DNA of 64,000 bases from Tubulanus polymorphus (taxonomy: Eukaryota; Animalia; Nemertea). Location of the stretch: assembly GCF_964204645.1 (NCBI RefSeq), contig NC_134025.1:9052001-9116000 (forward strand), written 5' to 3'. The translations under genes and the position numbers were made by a program. Below the pieces are notes generated by a model. It had not been told where the DNA came from, searched no databases, and saw only the letters and a program-made list of their open reading frames with translations. This document shows positions 1-11,770 of this stretch, piece after piece; the stretch's first letter is position 1, and each line of letters opens with the position of its first letter.

Positions 1-37
1 TTCTAACGAGATTTGTAAAATAACCGTTGTTTCGTAG

Positions 38-2641
38 GAAAGACGCTGATAAACTGGATAAAGTCAACCAATTTAGAGAATCACTGAAACGCGTTAAACT
101 AGGACCTGATTGTTTGCCATCAGTTTGTTTCTACACATTTCTGAATGCATACCAAGGGTAAGAACAATTGGATGAAGAATGAACTTTTCCCAAAATAACA
201 GTAGTTAATAGTACCAGGGGTGGATTCAAGGGAGGATGCAGGCGTTGCACAGCCTCCCTAAAAATGTTCAAGTCGCCCTGAGATTTTATGGGAGAATGAA
301 AAATGTAAAACTGTGAATACTTGAAAAAGTTTAAATTCATAACCCTGTTCTCTGTAGGTCCTATTTCCAAAAATGATGTTTTCCGATAAGCTTTCTTTTG
401 GGATGCCATTTTAATTCGCGGTGTTGCCCCTCTTCCGGGTGCCTCTACCTGAATCAGACCCTAGATCGGCCCCTGAATTCCAATTGGACTTCATATTTTG
501 ATACCTTTAATTTGAAATTGTTTCACCAATTTAGCTGTCTGTACATAGTCTTTTTCTCTTTACTAACTTTTTGATTGTTGTAGAGTAACATCCGTGGATG
601 TAAGTGAAGACTCAAGTTTACTAAGTGCAGGATTCGCCGACTCGTCGATTCGAGTGTTCACTTTAACACCGAACTCTCTACGAAAAATGAAAACATCCGA
701 TGAATTAGAACTGATCGACAAAGAAGCAGGTATGATCATATTATTAGACAAATAATATTAATCTGATCTATGTGACTGTGTATATTGTTTTGGTGTCCTA
801 AGAAACATTTTTAAGGAGATGAAGTTTAGCGTCTAGATTATTGTTGATGTAGATGATGTATTGGAACGGATGATGGACAACCGAACAGCTGAAGAGTGTA
901 AATCACTGCTTGGTCACACTGGCCCTGTCTATTCAACATCATTCAGTCGTGATAAAAACTATTTGCTGTCATCGTCTGAAGATGGCACTGGTTAGTATTC
1001 TGTATACCGAGACACTTACCGGTAATCTATTAACTTCAGCGTCATGAAAAATTGTCAATATTTGATTGAAAACGCTTTTATAATTTCAGTTAGACTATGG
1101 AGTTTACTGACATGGACAAATTTAGTTGCTTATAAGGGACACAATTTTCCAGTTTGGAATGCGCATTTTAGGTTAGTTTTGTTTGTTTGATAGCCCTCAA
1201 AGTGAGTGTTATAAGAGCGAAATATCTTACAGGTATATTTTCTTAAATTTTTCAGCCCTCATGGACATTACTTTGCATCTTGTGGTCATGATAGAATTGC
1301 TCGACTATGGATTACAGACCATCACCAGCCAGTTCGGATCTTTGCCGGTCATTTGTCAGATGTCGAGGCAAGTTTCAAATACATGTAGTGTCAATTCATA
1401 ATTCCAATAGGTTTTTAGATCACCTGGGACTTAAGTCCCAAAGGGCTCTTTAACATTCCACCCGTCATTCACCAATCCATCAGAAAAATTATATCGATTG
1501 GAAACAAGATGGTCATTTCGGAATCCCCTTTTGTTTAAAACAGGTCATTATAATGAAGTATTAAGTTTAATAGATCAGATGGACCAGTCGATTTTTTTCG
1601 ATATTACCTTGTACAATATACCTTATCCATATTTTTAATTGCAACCAACGAAGTCAATGGTTCCTGTAAATGTTCTCGAAGGTTGATGAACATTTAATTT
1701 TACATATTTTCAAGCATTTTTCACACCATTGAGCATGGTGTCCCTGAATCCCTAGCTTGAATTGATGTAATATCTCTTTTCCAGTGCATCAGATTTCATC
1801 CAAACTGTAATTACTTGGCGACTGGTTCTGTGGATCGAACTGTACGTCTGTGGGATGTATTGAGTGGACAGTGTGTACGAGTACTTACAGGACACAAAGT
1901 GTGTATTTTGATAGAAAAAGCAGAGCTTCCACAATTCTTTTAGTTAATAAGCTGATAAGATTTGACCAAAACTTGTATTTCGTTTCAAGGGTCCAGTACA
2001 GTGTCTTTGTTTTTCGCCTGATGGACGTTATTTAGCTTCAGCAGGTTCGTTCACTAAATTCGTCCCAACTATATGTACATCCTTCTTGTCAAATCAGTTC
2101 ATTAAACTATCTGTACTTGCTTAAAGGTGTGGATAAAATGGTATTACTTTGGGACATTGCAAATGGAAATCAAATCGCTCAATTAAAGGGCCATGCAGAT
2201 GTTATTTACACTCTGTGCTTTAGTCGAGAAGGCTCTGTTTTAGCATCAGGTGAGCTACGCCATTGCTTCTTAGACATAAAGCATGTCATTACTTTTTCAT
2301 CTGCCATCAGCTCGACAGGTTTTTCTACCTTTCCAGGTGGCATTGATTGTAAAGTTATATTGTGGGATGTGAACAAAATCTTTGAAGAGCAAGACAGCGA
2401 AGGGATAGTGAATGTACCATCTACATCAATGTAAGTCTACCAGTCTCAAAGTTCAGATCCTGTCAATTTTAAGTCATGATTTTAATTTGATGTACCGGTC
2501 CATTTCCTATTCATTTTAAGGAATGAAGTACAAAACTACAAGATAGTAACATGGCCGACCAAGAGTAGTCCAGTATTGCATCTCCATTTTACAAGACGAA
2601 ATCTACTGCTCGCTGGAGGACCATTTGTTGCCCCATCGTAA
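38..2641 (+). CDS. TAF5: TFIID subunit 5 (WD40 repeats), 3' part of a multi-exon gene; 5' exons lie before the window
   Basis: Spliced exons read KDADKLDKV...[64 protein letters not shown] and TKSSPVLHLHFTRRNLLLAGG, matching recalled metazoan TAF5. Stop TAA at 2639-2641 with AATAAA shortly after. Confidence 0.95.
215..475. mobile_element. Degenerate MITE (CAGGGG...CCCCTG ends, hAT-like) in a TAF5 intron
   Basis: Imperfect terminal inverted repeats caggggtggattcaagg / cctagatcggcccctg; no clean TSD. Confidence 0.45.
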
Positions 2642-2780
2642 TACTGCCATAATTTCACCTGTGTATAGATTTTGCTTGTAAATTTGTAAATAAATGTATT
2701 TATATACTATAATTTTCCCCAGACACATGTCGTTGATTAAGTTAAGGATTGGAATATATCTTAGGAAGTCAGAAAAATTA

Positions 2781-2957
2781 CAGTGGAACCTCGTTATTAC
2801 GACTTCTGATACAACGCTTCATCGGATATAACAAATAAAGAATTTTTTTCCCTAGTAAGACAATTTGATAAATTTCATACTGGATAAAACAAAGTGTCAG
2901 GTTATAACGAAAATATTTTCTGGTCCCGTGATGTTTCGCTATAACGAGGTTCCACTG
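2781..2957. mobile_element. Tc1/mariner-pogo-type MITE, 177 bp
   Basis: TIR cagtggaacctcgttat / ataacgaggttccactg, flanked by TA on both sides. Confidence 0.85.
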
Positions 2958-5504
2958 TATTTTTCATTTTTGTCAGAGTTAGTGAAAAGTGCGAGTTGGC
3001 CATGTCCGAGTGAGGCGAAGTGTACCGTATCGGCATACTCGAGTCTTCTATTAAGTGCCTCATTTTAATAAAAATAAGTACATAAGGACTTCATATTTTG
3101 ATACCTTTAATTTGAAAATTCTGTTTTTACACATGGCATGATACATCGAATGTACAGTATACCCATTGGAAAAAATTAAGGCGAAACCAAGGCAAAAAGT
3201 GTTTGTGGTTATTAGAAAAACTTGTGATTTTACAATGTAACTCATGAATAGATTACAAGGGAAATTAACTACACTGAACTGAATTACATTGTTCCTAACT
3301 ACGTTGATTTGAAGGGATTTTTCAAAATGGAAGGCCACCATGTTGCATACTAATAAGCATGACCCATTTACAATATCTACATAAATCTTCAAAACGTCTA
3401 TTTCATTGGTTGTTAATGAAACCAATCTCTCAGTCAACATTCACACCTATGTATGGAAACTCTTTAAAAAAAACTTAGTCCCAAAATATCAAAATATCAC
3501 CTTCCACAGGTGGAAATACATATGGTCATCGATGGCTACACGGCTCCATTTAAATTACATTAGCTGGTAGGCCAAGACAGCCTCGTATCTTTGTAAACAT
3601 GTTTCTTTGTTTCAATGTTTCTCGTATTGGGTTCATCATTCCCGAGTTCCAAATTCTACTTTGATTAATGCACTTCAAGAATTTATTTCACACACATCTC
3701 GGTCGTTCATTGATAATAATAATCAAGTCAATGTATCACACATTAATGCCCAGAAAATCCTAAAAACAGAATTGATGGTGATGGTGGTGATTAACTAATC
3801 AATAATGATAGGTTAAAATATTAAGTTATAGACATACATGGTGGCAAAAGATACGGTATATGCTCTTAAATTTCATAGTAGTCACCCAACTTACTTGGCA
3901 GATGGTAGCCAGCCATTACACCAATTTCCCATTAAAAATAACACTTCAAATTTATCAGAAAAATCCTTGGTTACCAGAAAAAATGATAGCAACTTAAACA
4001 GAAAAACAGTTGATGTAAATCAGTTATATACATATAACATTTATATCCAATTATTGGGTTAATGGTACTTTAAGACAGCACAGCTTACTGTATGAAATGT
4101 TCCCTTGTCAATGAGAATCTCTGTAAAAAGCTCATCAAATTCAAAAGCCATTTCCTGCAGAAAACGCCAAGACAATATTCACACATGAACCGATTATTCA
4201 CAAGCGTGTTCATTTTTCACAGCGAGCACAGATGAACTAATACACTAGAGTAGATAATTCAATGTCACACTCTGCAATAATCCTACACATTTTTGTTTTA
4301 GGATAATTGTTAATTTGATCATTTCTCTTTCTGACATGTTATCTGATGATTCAAGTAATATTACAAGGAACGACAAATTTGATTCTTTGAAAGAGACGTC
4401 ACCTCAGTTCAGTTTCATGAATACTCCGGTAGGCATTACCGGTATGAACTGAACCAACCGCTTTGAACTTCAAACTGTCAGTATGAAAATCTATTGCACT
4501 AACGAATATATGTACACATACACATGTTTCACTGAAGAAAAGTACTAGTTATGATTCAATCTTGGCTAACCAAACTCATCATCTGCAAATAATTTCTTTT
4601 CAGATGGAACATACCGGGTATCTACCCGGTCATGGAATTACATGCTCACGTCAGAAATCACAATACCAGAAATATTCTTAACAAAATTCCTACACAAGGC
4701 GGTATCAATAAGGTTACCAATGAAAACCTGGTAACTCAATTCATGGGATGTACGCAGCCAATACAGGCCCTCAAAAACATTAATGCCAACAAAATCTACA
4801 CAAGAGAATTCATTTTACATTTTCACTTTAGTCGACTTTTGTAGCTGGAGTGATCGTAGTCTCAATCATGGTAACTACTATCAGTTAAACTATCTTTACG
4901 TCTTCAGTGGCAATGAAATAATAGTTCAATCATCTTAGTTGAAGATTTGCTAGCCTATCGATGCAGTGTCTTTAGCTACTTCTGAGGGAACCTTCAAATC
5001 AACATAACCAGGCTTTAGGGGGTTGGTCCCTCGACTAAGCCAGATGCCGGTAAATCTAGATTAGATCTTATTTTCATACCTTTCATTGTCCTGACCAAAC
5101 ACAAACCGTTCAAAGTAGTTAGACCTTTAAAACATAGTATAAGTATTTTATCAGTTATGTACATTTATTCTTATTGATATATACAGTCATAATCAAATAA
5201 TAGTAATAATAATTATAATGTATAGGTACTATGCATAATAACAACATACCACCAGTATTAAGACAACACGGATAACGTCTGGATTCGTTGCCATGATTTC
5301 TGCCGTATTGGCTATAATTTTATTTAAAATACGAATAAGTGTCTTTATCCCTTCTGTTCTTCATAAATTACATTTGGTAAAACAAAAAAAAAGTTTTGGA
5401 AAACAAAAATCTCTATTTTCGCCAAACATTTATTCATACTTCTACATAACAGAATTGAAAATTTCTAGATGTTCATATCATGAAATTAGAAAAAGTCATT
5501 TGCG

Positions 5505-6239
5505 CAGACCTGCCAACCCATATGGTTTAAACGTATTTTCATGTGTGCTGTATTGTAACACCATGGAGATGCCCTGAGCCACGCATATTATTTAATTAAA
5601 GTATAACAGAATCTAGAAATTACTGGTATAATAATATCTTAATGAATCATAAACTTTAATAAGGGCCTATGAATCAATAAGGTGCTTAGATTTAGAATTA
5701 CCAAACGCTATCTATTAAGAGTTTATTAAGCATGACTGCAATTAACTGATATCTATCTCAGAGTAGAGTTAACAAATAAAAGATGATGGGGCTTAGTTAA
5801 AGCTTCGAAACTGTCAAGAAAATATACTGTTTTACAGACCTAACTGTGGGTTTCTATTTGTTTATTCAGCATCTTTATTTGATAGTTTTAATTTAGTAAC
5901 ACTATTTGACCTGACAAAATTGCTTGAATTAGGTACTTTTCAGATTAAATACGGATTAGATATTGTAAAATATAGAAATCAATTTTTTTTAAATTCATCT
6001 TTTTTAAATCTAGCATAATAATATATTAACATTGATAATTATTTAGTTCCAATATAAGTGATGACATTAATTCTCACTATGTTTTAGTCATTTTTTTGGT
6101 TAGAAATTCTTTTTTCGACCAAAACTGGAAGCTTTTTTTCGCGTCGCACTACTCGTGAAAAAATACTGACAAACTCAAGAAAATACTGACAAACTCAAAA
6201 ATTTGTACTGACAACATATTTCTGGGATTGGCAGGTCTG
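5505..6239. mobile_element. Non-autonomous hAT-type DNA transposon, 735 bp
   Basis: TIR cagacctgccaa / ttggcaggtctg; perfect 8-bp TSD CATTTGCG at 5497-5504 and 6240-6247; subterminal repeats aaatactgacaaactcaa. Confidence 0.9.
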
Positions 6240-7241
6240 CATTTGCGAACGCCAAGTGTCATATATTCCAATATTTTCACTCAAAAGATAGAAAGCCTAA
6301 GGGCCATGTCATAGCAAAGTTGTTTCATCTTGATAACAAATTCATCTCAAAGACCTTGTCAAAAGTTATGTAGTACGCAACAAAAATATAAGTCATACTC
6401 GCTATCACACATGACACAGGTCTAACAATAATCATCAATATCTAAGAGAACTGTTGCCGAAGGTGATTCAGCATGTTACAAAAAGCTAAGATAATAATAA
6501 TTATTATAATTATGATTATTATTATTATTAATATATGAGGTGTAGCAACCACTGTACATTTCTTTCGTATATACTCAAGTGCAGACATAGTCAACCGACT
6601 GAAACACCCTAAACAATAACTGATCAGATTTAATTATTACAATTATCAATATATTAATTAATGCTCGCGTAATATATCTTTGTGGCAACGAATACATTCA
6701 TAAATATACATTAAATTTATTCCATTTTTTTTCTTATCAAACATGATCAATGATAACTATTATCATTATCTTATATTTGTATGTATACATAACATACTGA
6801 TACCGAATAATGACAATGAAATCAATCGATGGTTCGTGTTGTTTCGTTTTTTGTGTTCTTCGTCAAGCTAGAGAAATCACGCGCCTTTTAAATAGAACCG
6901 TACTCTCGGGAACGCGACGGCCCGTTAGCAGTCGGTTCGGTCAAGTTACACATAGCTGCAAAGTTGGCCGATTCATTCAGCTTCACGCGATGTTGATGGT
7001 CTATCCCCAGATCGGCGATATCCAGCATGCATGAGAATGAATTATAGTCGATCGCGTACTCAGTGATAGGTATCTGGAGATGATCACCACGTCGTATTGA
7101 TTGTTGTTGTTCAAGTGTCGCGTGAATGAGAACGCTTAGTAAGTCTCAGAAAACGAGCGCAATATATTTGAATTATAACAGCCATGCCTGCAGCTATATA
7201 TATCGAATCATCCAGAGTCCACTATTAAGAATATTATGATA

Positions 7242-8994
7242 TCACTTGCAGCAACCTCCCGAAGAGGGAGAAGGTTCTTCTAAATTTACACTTGTACCGC
7301 CGGTGCCTCCCTGTTGTCGATTTGTTTCATTTTTCGGAAGTTTCTTCGCTGAAATAAACACAAGTGATTCGCACATTTAATCAAACAACACAAATCAACA
7401 TAATCAACACTCGGTCATAGCACCGTAAATCTCACCTATTGCCAAAAATAAGTCATTCACATTCATAGCTGTCTTCGCCGATGTTTCCATAAAAAGCAAA
7501 CTGTTATCTTCTGCATAAGATTGTGCGTCCTGCAATGACCGAAAAAATGAAAACTTAAGTTTTTTATATCACGAGATCGAGTTACTTTTAAGATCGAGTT
7601 GCAGCTATTCATAATTACAGAAACAGTTAAAATAAATAATAAACAATTCAACGTTTCATTTGCCCGCTTCTATGAAACAATGTTGAGGCCGCTACAAATT
7701 GAGATGAAAGCACGCAGTTTCGGCGCAGCTTCGGGCTTCAATCAGCGAGTGAGACATAAATAACTATGAACAATCAACCATCATCACAGGTACACACATA
7801 AAGCGACAACGAAAAATCAATAAACGCTGTTGATCGATGCGATGAGCTAGAAAAAACCCTTCAAAACGAAAATATTCATAAATCCATATGAAAAGCAAAC
7901 GAAATTCCAGTCAGCTATTCAATGAGTAATTACAACATTTCAGCATCAGTATCAGCATATAAGCGACTGACAGCTCTGCGATCTCGGTTAGCAGTACATA
8001 GTCCTTTATCTAAGCAATCATTTCAACAATACTAACAGTAAATAGTAATATAGCCAATTGTAAAGAAAAAATCAATGCATGACATTGTATAAAGCAGACT
8101 TACTTCATATTCCACCATTCGTTTGTTAGCTAAATCGGCTTTATTTCCAGCTAAAGCTATTACAATGTTCGGACTTGCTTGTCTCTGTAACTCTTTCACC
8201 CATGTTTTCGCTCGCCCAAATGTTTCCTATAAATTTGAGGTTGAATATTAACACACACAATACACCCAGTCGCCAAAATCTATCATTTTCAATCTGAATA
8301 CCATTTTGTGTTTGAAGAAAATCTTCGAACAGCTAACAAATGAATGTAAAATCCCACAAAAATACTAGAAACTTTCGGGTGGGCTTCAGTCTAAAATGAT
8401 ACGCTAAGACTAAGAAGGCTGTAAGGAACCACGCGCAATATTTCTAGAATTTTCAAATCAACCTTTTAGTCATTCAACGATTGTGGGATTTTACATTTAT
8501 TGTTACATCCATCAAAGATATTGTGATCTACTGATTCGGGAAACATCCCTAATAACACTTACATGATTAGTGATATCATATACAACAATAGCGGCTTGAG
8601 CTCCTCTGTAGTACATCGGTGCCAAACTGTGGTATCGTTCCTGACCTGCTGTATCCCAGATTTCAAATTTCACTGTCGTGTCATCTAGACAAACCGTCTG
8701 TGTGAGAAATGCAGCTGAAAAAGAGCAATAAAAATGAGGTCATTCGATGAAAATTTCAATATGGCCAGCTTCCATTCAAAACGGAATGTCAAAAATTTAG
8801 CCGATAGATTTCAGGGTATTGCGTTTCATACCTCCGATTGTACTTTCTTGGTACTCGTGAAATTGTCCTTTGACGAACCTGAGCACTAACGACGACTTTC
8901 CCACAGCCGATTCTCCGAGAAGTACGAGTTTAAATTGACAGATTTTTCCTTGTGTGGCACCATTCGGCCTTTGAGCTCCTCCACGGCCAGCCAT
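7242..8994 (-). CDS. RAB5: Ras-related small GTPase Rab5 (5 coding exons)
   Basis: [76 protein letters not shown] and a C-terminal GGCCK* prenylation motif; GT-AG introns. Confidence 0.97.
8334..8535. mobile_element. Short inverted-repeat insertion (CCCACAA/TTGTGGG family) with degenerate hammerhead-like cores, in a Rab5 intron
   Basis: Inverted repeat aatgtaaaatcccacaa / ttgtgggattttacatt; tail gatattgtgatctac resembles the 37264 copy; minus strand reads UAGA-CUGAAG...GAAAGUU-UCUA. Confidence 0.55.
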
Positions 8995-10019
8995 TTAAGA
9001 TTTTGCTCCAGGCTATTCAAACCAATTACTCAATATTTCTATGCTCTAAATAAAATATAGAATTAAATTGTATAAAATGAAACATTGTATTATATAATCT
9101 TAAGGTCATTTCTGATTGAAGTACAACAAACAATTTAGGCACAGACCCCAATTTGGAGTTTTCTGCTGATGATAGCATAATGAATTAAAATATTTTTGAA
9201 AACTACTTGCGAAGGCGAGGGTACTGGAGATCTTCATGAATGAATGAGTTTGGCCTACTTGTGTACTTGGAGAATGGATGAGACTAAAATTAACTAATAG
9301 CATGAAACTTAAGCACGTTCCAAAATTTATCATGAGATGGTATCGAAGTTATTTTAACCTCCAGCAAGGATATCAAATAACAAGGATCAGGATCAGGATT
9401 TTCACAAGTGTCAATGAAAACTGAGTGAATTAAATGACACAGATGACATGTACCAACTTCAAAACCATAAGTTAGGCCTGCCCAATCCTAACTAGCTAAC
9501 AGCTCCCCACTGGCACCAATAATGCCAAAAATAACAGGTATCGCGACTTTTCAATTGACATACAAAAAAGAAAGGAGAACTCATCGGGTGATCAAAATGA
9601 ATTAGGAAATTCGGAATCGGATGATGATTATTTTTCAGAAGCCCAAAAAATGACATTTTCCAATTAATCGACGGCATTGAATCAACATTTTAACAGATTA
9701 TACACACCAGAAAATTCACCACCGATACGTAGAACAGTTGCAGCGACGTGACAAATGCCAGCAAAATGAGAAATGGGAAGAATTTGGTAATATTTCGATG
9801 TAAATTTTACGTATTTAACACCACCCTCTGATGGCCGCGAACTACTTCTTATAACGTAATGTATTTCCGTGTATTACTACACCGGTGGGTCGAATTCACC
9901 GAAAACGACAAATAGCAGTAAATATGCTTGCAAACGCATTCCAATACGATTTTGTAAGGTTTTCATTTGGATTTACACTGTTTTTACTCGTTGACACCTT
10001 TTATTAAAAAACAACCGGT

Positions 10020-10100
10020 TTATTTAGCGGCGCGCGAGATCCCAAACGTTATTCGCCGTGGTCACCGCCGCGCGCCAGTGACGTCATAATTGCGTGAAAA
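10020..10100. promoter_or_regulatory. Probable bidirectional promoter between RAB5 and EFHB
   Basis: Local CpG-rich patch with a CRE palindrome TGACGTCA at 10079-10086, between head-to-head genes. Confidence 0.5.
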
Positions 10101-11055
10101 AAAATCAATTAGTTCGGCAATTATTTTCACGTTATATCAATTGTCATTTTTAAATCACATTGAATTCTCAGATTTTTTCTCTGAAAGAATTTCAGCAAGA
10201 TAAATTCTACTTTTAAACTTCTAGTTTTAAACTCCTTGCTTGAAAACTTGCTTTTTTGGTAAAATTAAAAAAGTGTACCAGGGTACGCTTTCTTATTTGT
10301 TATCAGCTTTTGATACTCAAATGATATAGTGTATATTGTTATGGGACCTTTTATTTGCTCCTTTGTTTTCTGTAGATCGAAAGCAATAACTTTTGATTGG
10401 AATTGATGTCTTGAACTCCGTTGCCAGGAAATTCGAAAACAATATGGCTGACTGACTGATTAAAAGTGATCGTCTTGTTCTCTGCTAGTTTCTTCATATC
10501 TTTTGTAAGTATAGACTCGTAAAACCCAATACTTCTGTGTGATTGATTGCATGCAAGGGATCTGTGGATTGAATTTACTTTTTAACGACGATGGTGATGA
10601 TGATGCTGTTTCAGCGTTAGATGGATCAAAAAATTTGAGTCTTCAACTTTTTTTTTGTCGGACGTTGTTGACTCGTTTCCGTTTCGACTCGATCGAACAC
10701 AGACACTTGACAGCACAAGAAGTCTTATTTAAACAGTGTTTAATGATGCTAAAATGTAAAGCCTAGAGATCACTCTGATCAAGAAAATAATATTCATATC
10801 ATTATTCCTCGACCTCGGCTTTTCTACTAAGTAAATCTAGCCTCTTTTCCAGGCTAAGCTCTTGCTTGAATAGAGCTTGTCAGAGCAGAGGGTCTATAAT
10901 GCAGCATACCATTAGTTTTACTTCTGTACACCTAGCCCCTGTTGTCTGTTTTTATCAACATTCATAGGAAAGAAACGTGACAAAAATTGTAAAATGAATT
11001 ACCGGTAGGCTTAATCTGTGCCACCTACTTAGGCCTAACTGCTAATCGACAATGA

Positions 11056-11610
11056 CACAGGGGTTTGGCGATGGGCTTGGATCGTGTTTTCTATGTGGTT
11101 GCTTGGATTTTACTTCCGGGTTGTTAATAATCTCGCGAGAATGGCACTAAATATGAACTGCAAATAAATTCAAAATATCACAGAAATACCTTGTGTTAAT
11201 GTTGTATATTTATCCGCTATTAAGTTCCGATAAACAATTGGCTGATAAGGGTCAGTATCAGACGGTCGTCACGCTTTACTATATAAAATAATTATAAGTG
11301 ATTTTATATAGTCAGACGCGACTGATAATATATGAATGTTTGATACTGGGTAGGTAGTATTTTAGAAAAACATTTCATATTTCTCTCAGTGTATATTATG
11401 ATTATCAGCGATCAACTCATGAAAAACGAAAATTATGTTACAGCACCTGCGGTAAAATTTCGACGCAACACTGCCACATACTTCCGCTAATCATTTCCGG
11501 GTTTGTGATGAGCAGTGTTCGTGAGTAAAGGAAATATTCAATTTTTTCAATTTCTTGATCCAAGCAACCACATAGAAAACACAATCCAAGCCCATCGCCA
11601 AACCCCTGTG
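11056..11610. mobile_element. Non-autonomous DNA transposon with CACAGGG ends (probable P superfamily), 555 bp
   Basis: About 53-bp TIR with one mismatch (cacaggggtttggcgatgggcttggat...); perfect 8-bp TSD GACAATGA at 11048-11055 and 11611-11618. Confidence 0.9.
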
Positions 11611-11770
11611 GACAATGATTGTCTCCTGGTCTTTCTTCAAGTTATCATGATTATCATATTATAAAATCCCAAATGTATGTGACATGTGTAGCCTTAGCCT
11701 TAAGCCAATCTAAAACTTATTCTTAATAACTTTCATTTTCAGCTTGGACTTTCCTTTCAACAATATAACT

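Noticed and set aside
486-3117. 32-bp identical segment at 486-517 and 3086-3117 around the TAF5 3' part
   Set aside because: Most likely a dispersed repeat fragment; too short and lacks LTR features.
7710-7755. Minus-strand CTGATTGAAG...CCGAAAC motif in a Rab5 intron
   Set aside because: Non-canonical core, poor stem II, and no NUH site or stem I.
10590-10782. Possible C/D box snoRNA (TGATGA ... CTGA)
   Set aside because: The C-box-like string is part of a (GAT)n run; no terminal stem or recognisable rRNA antisense element.
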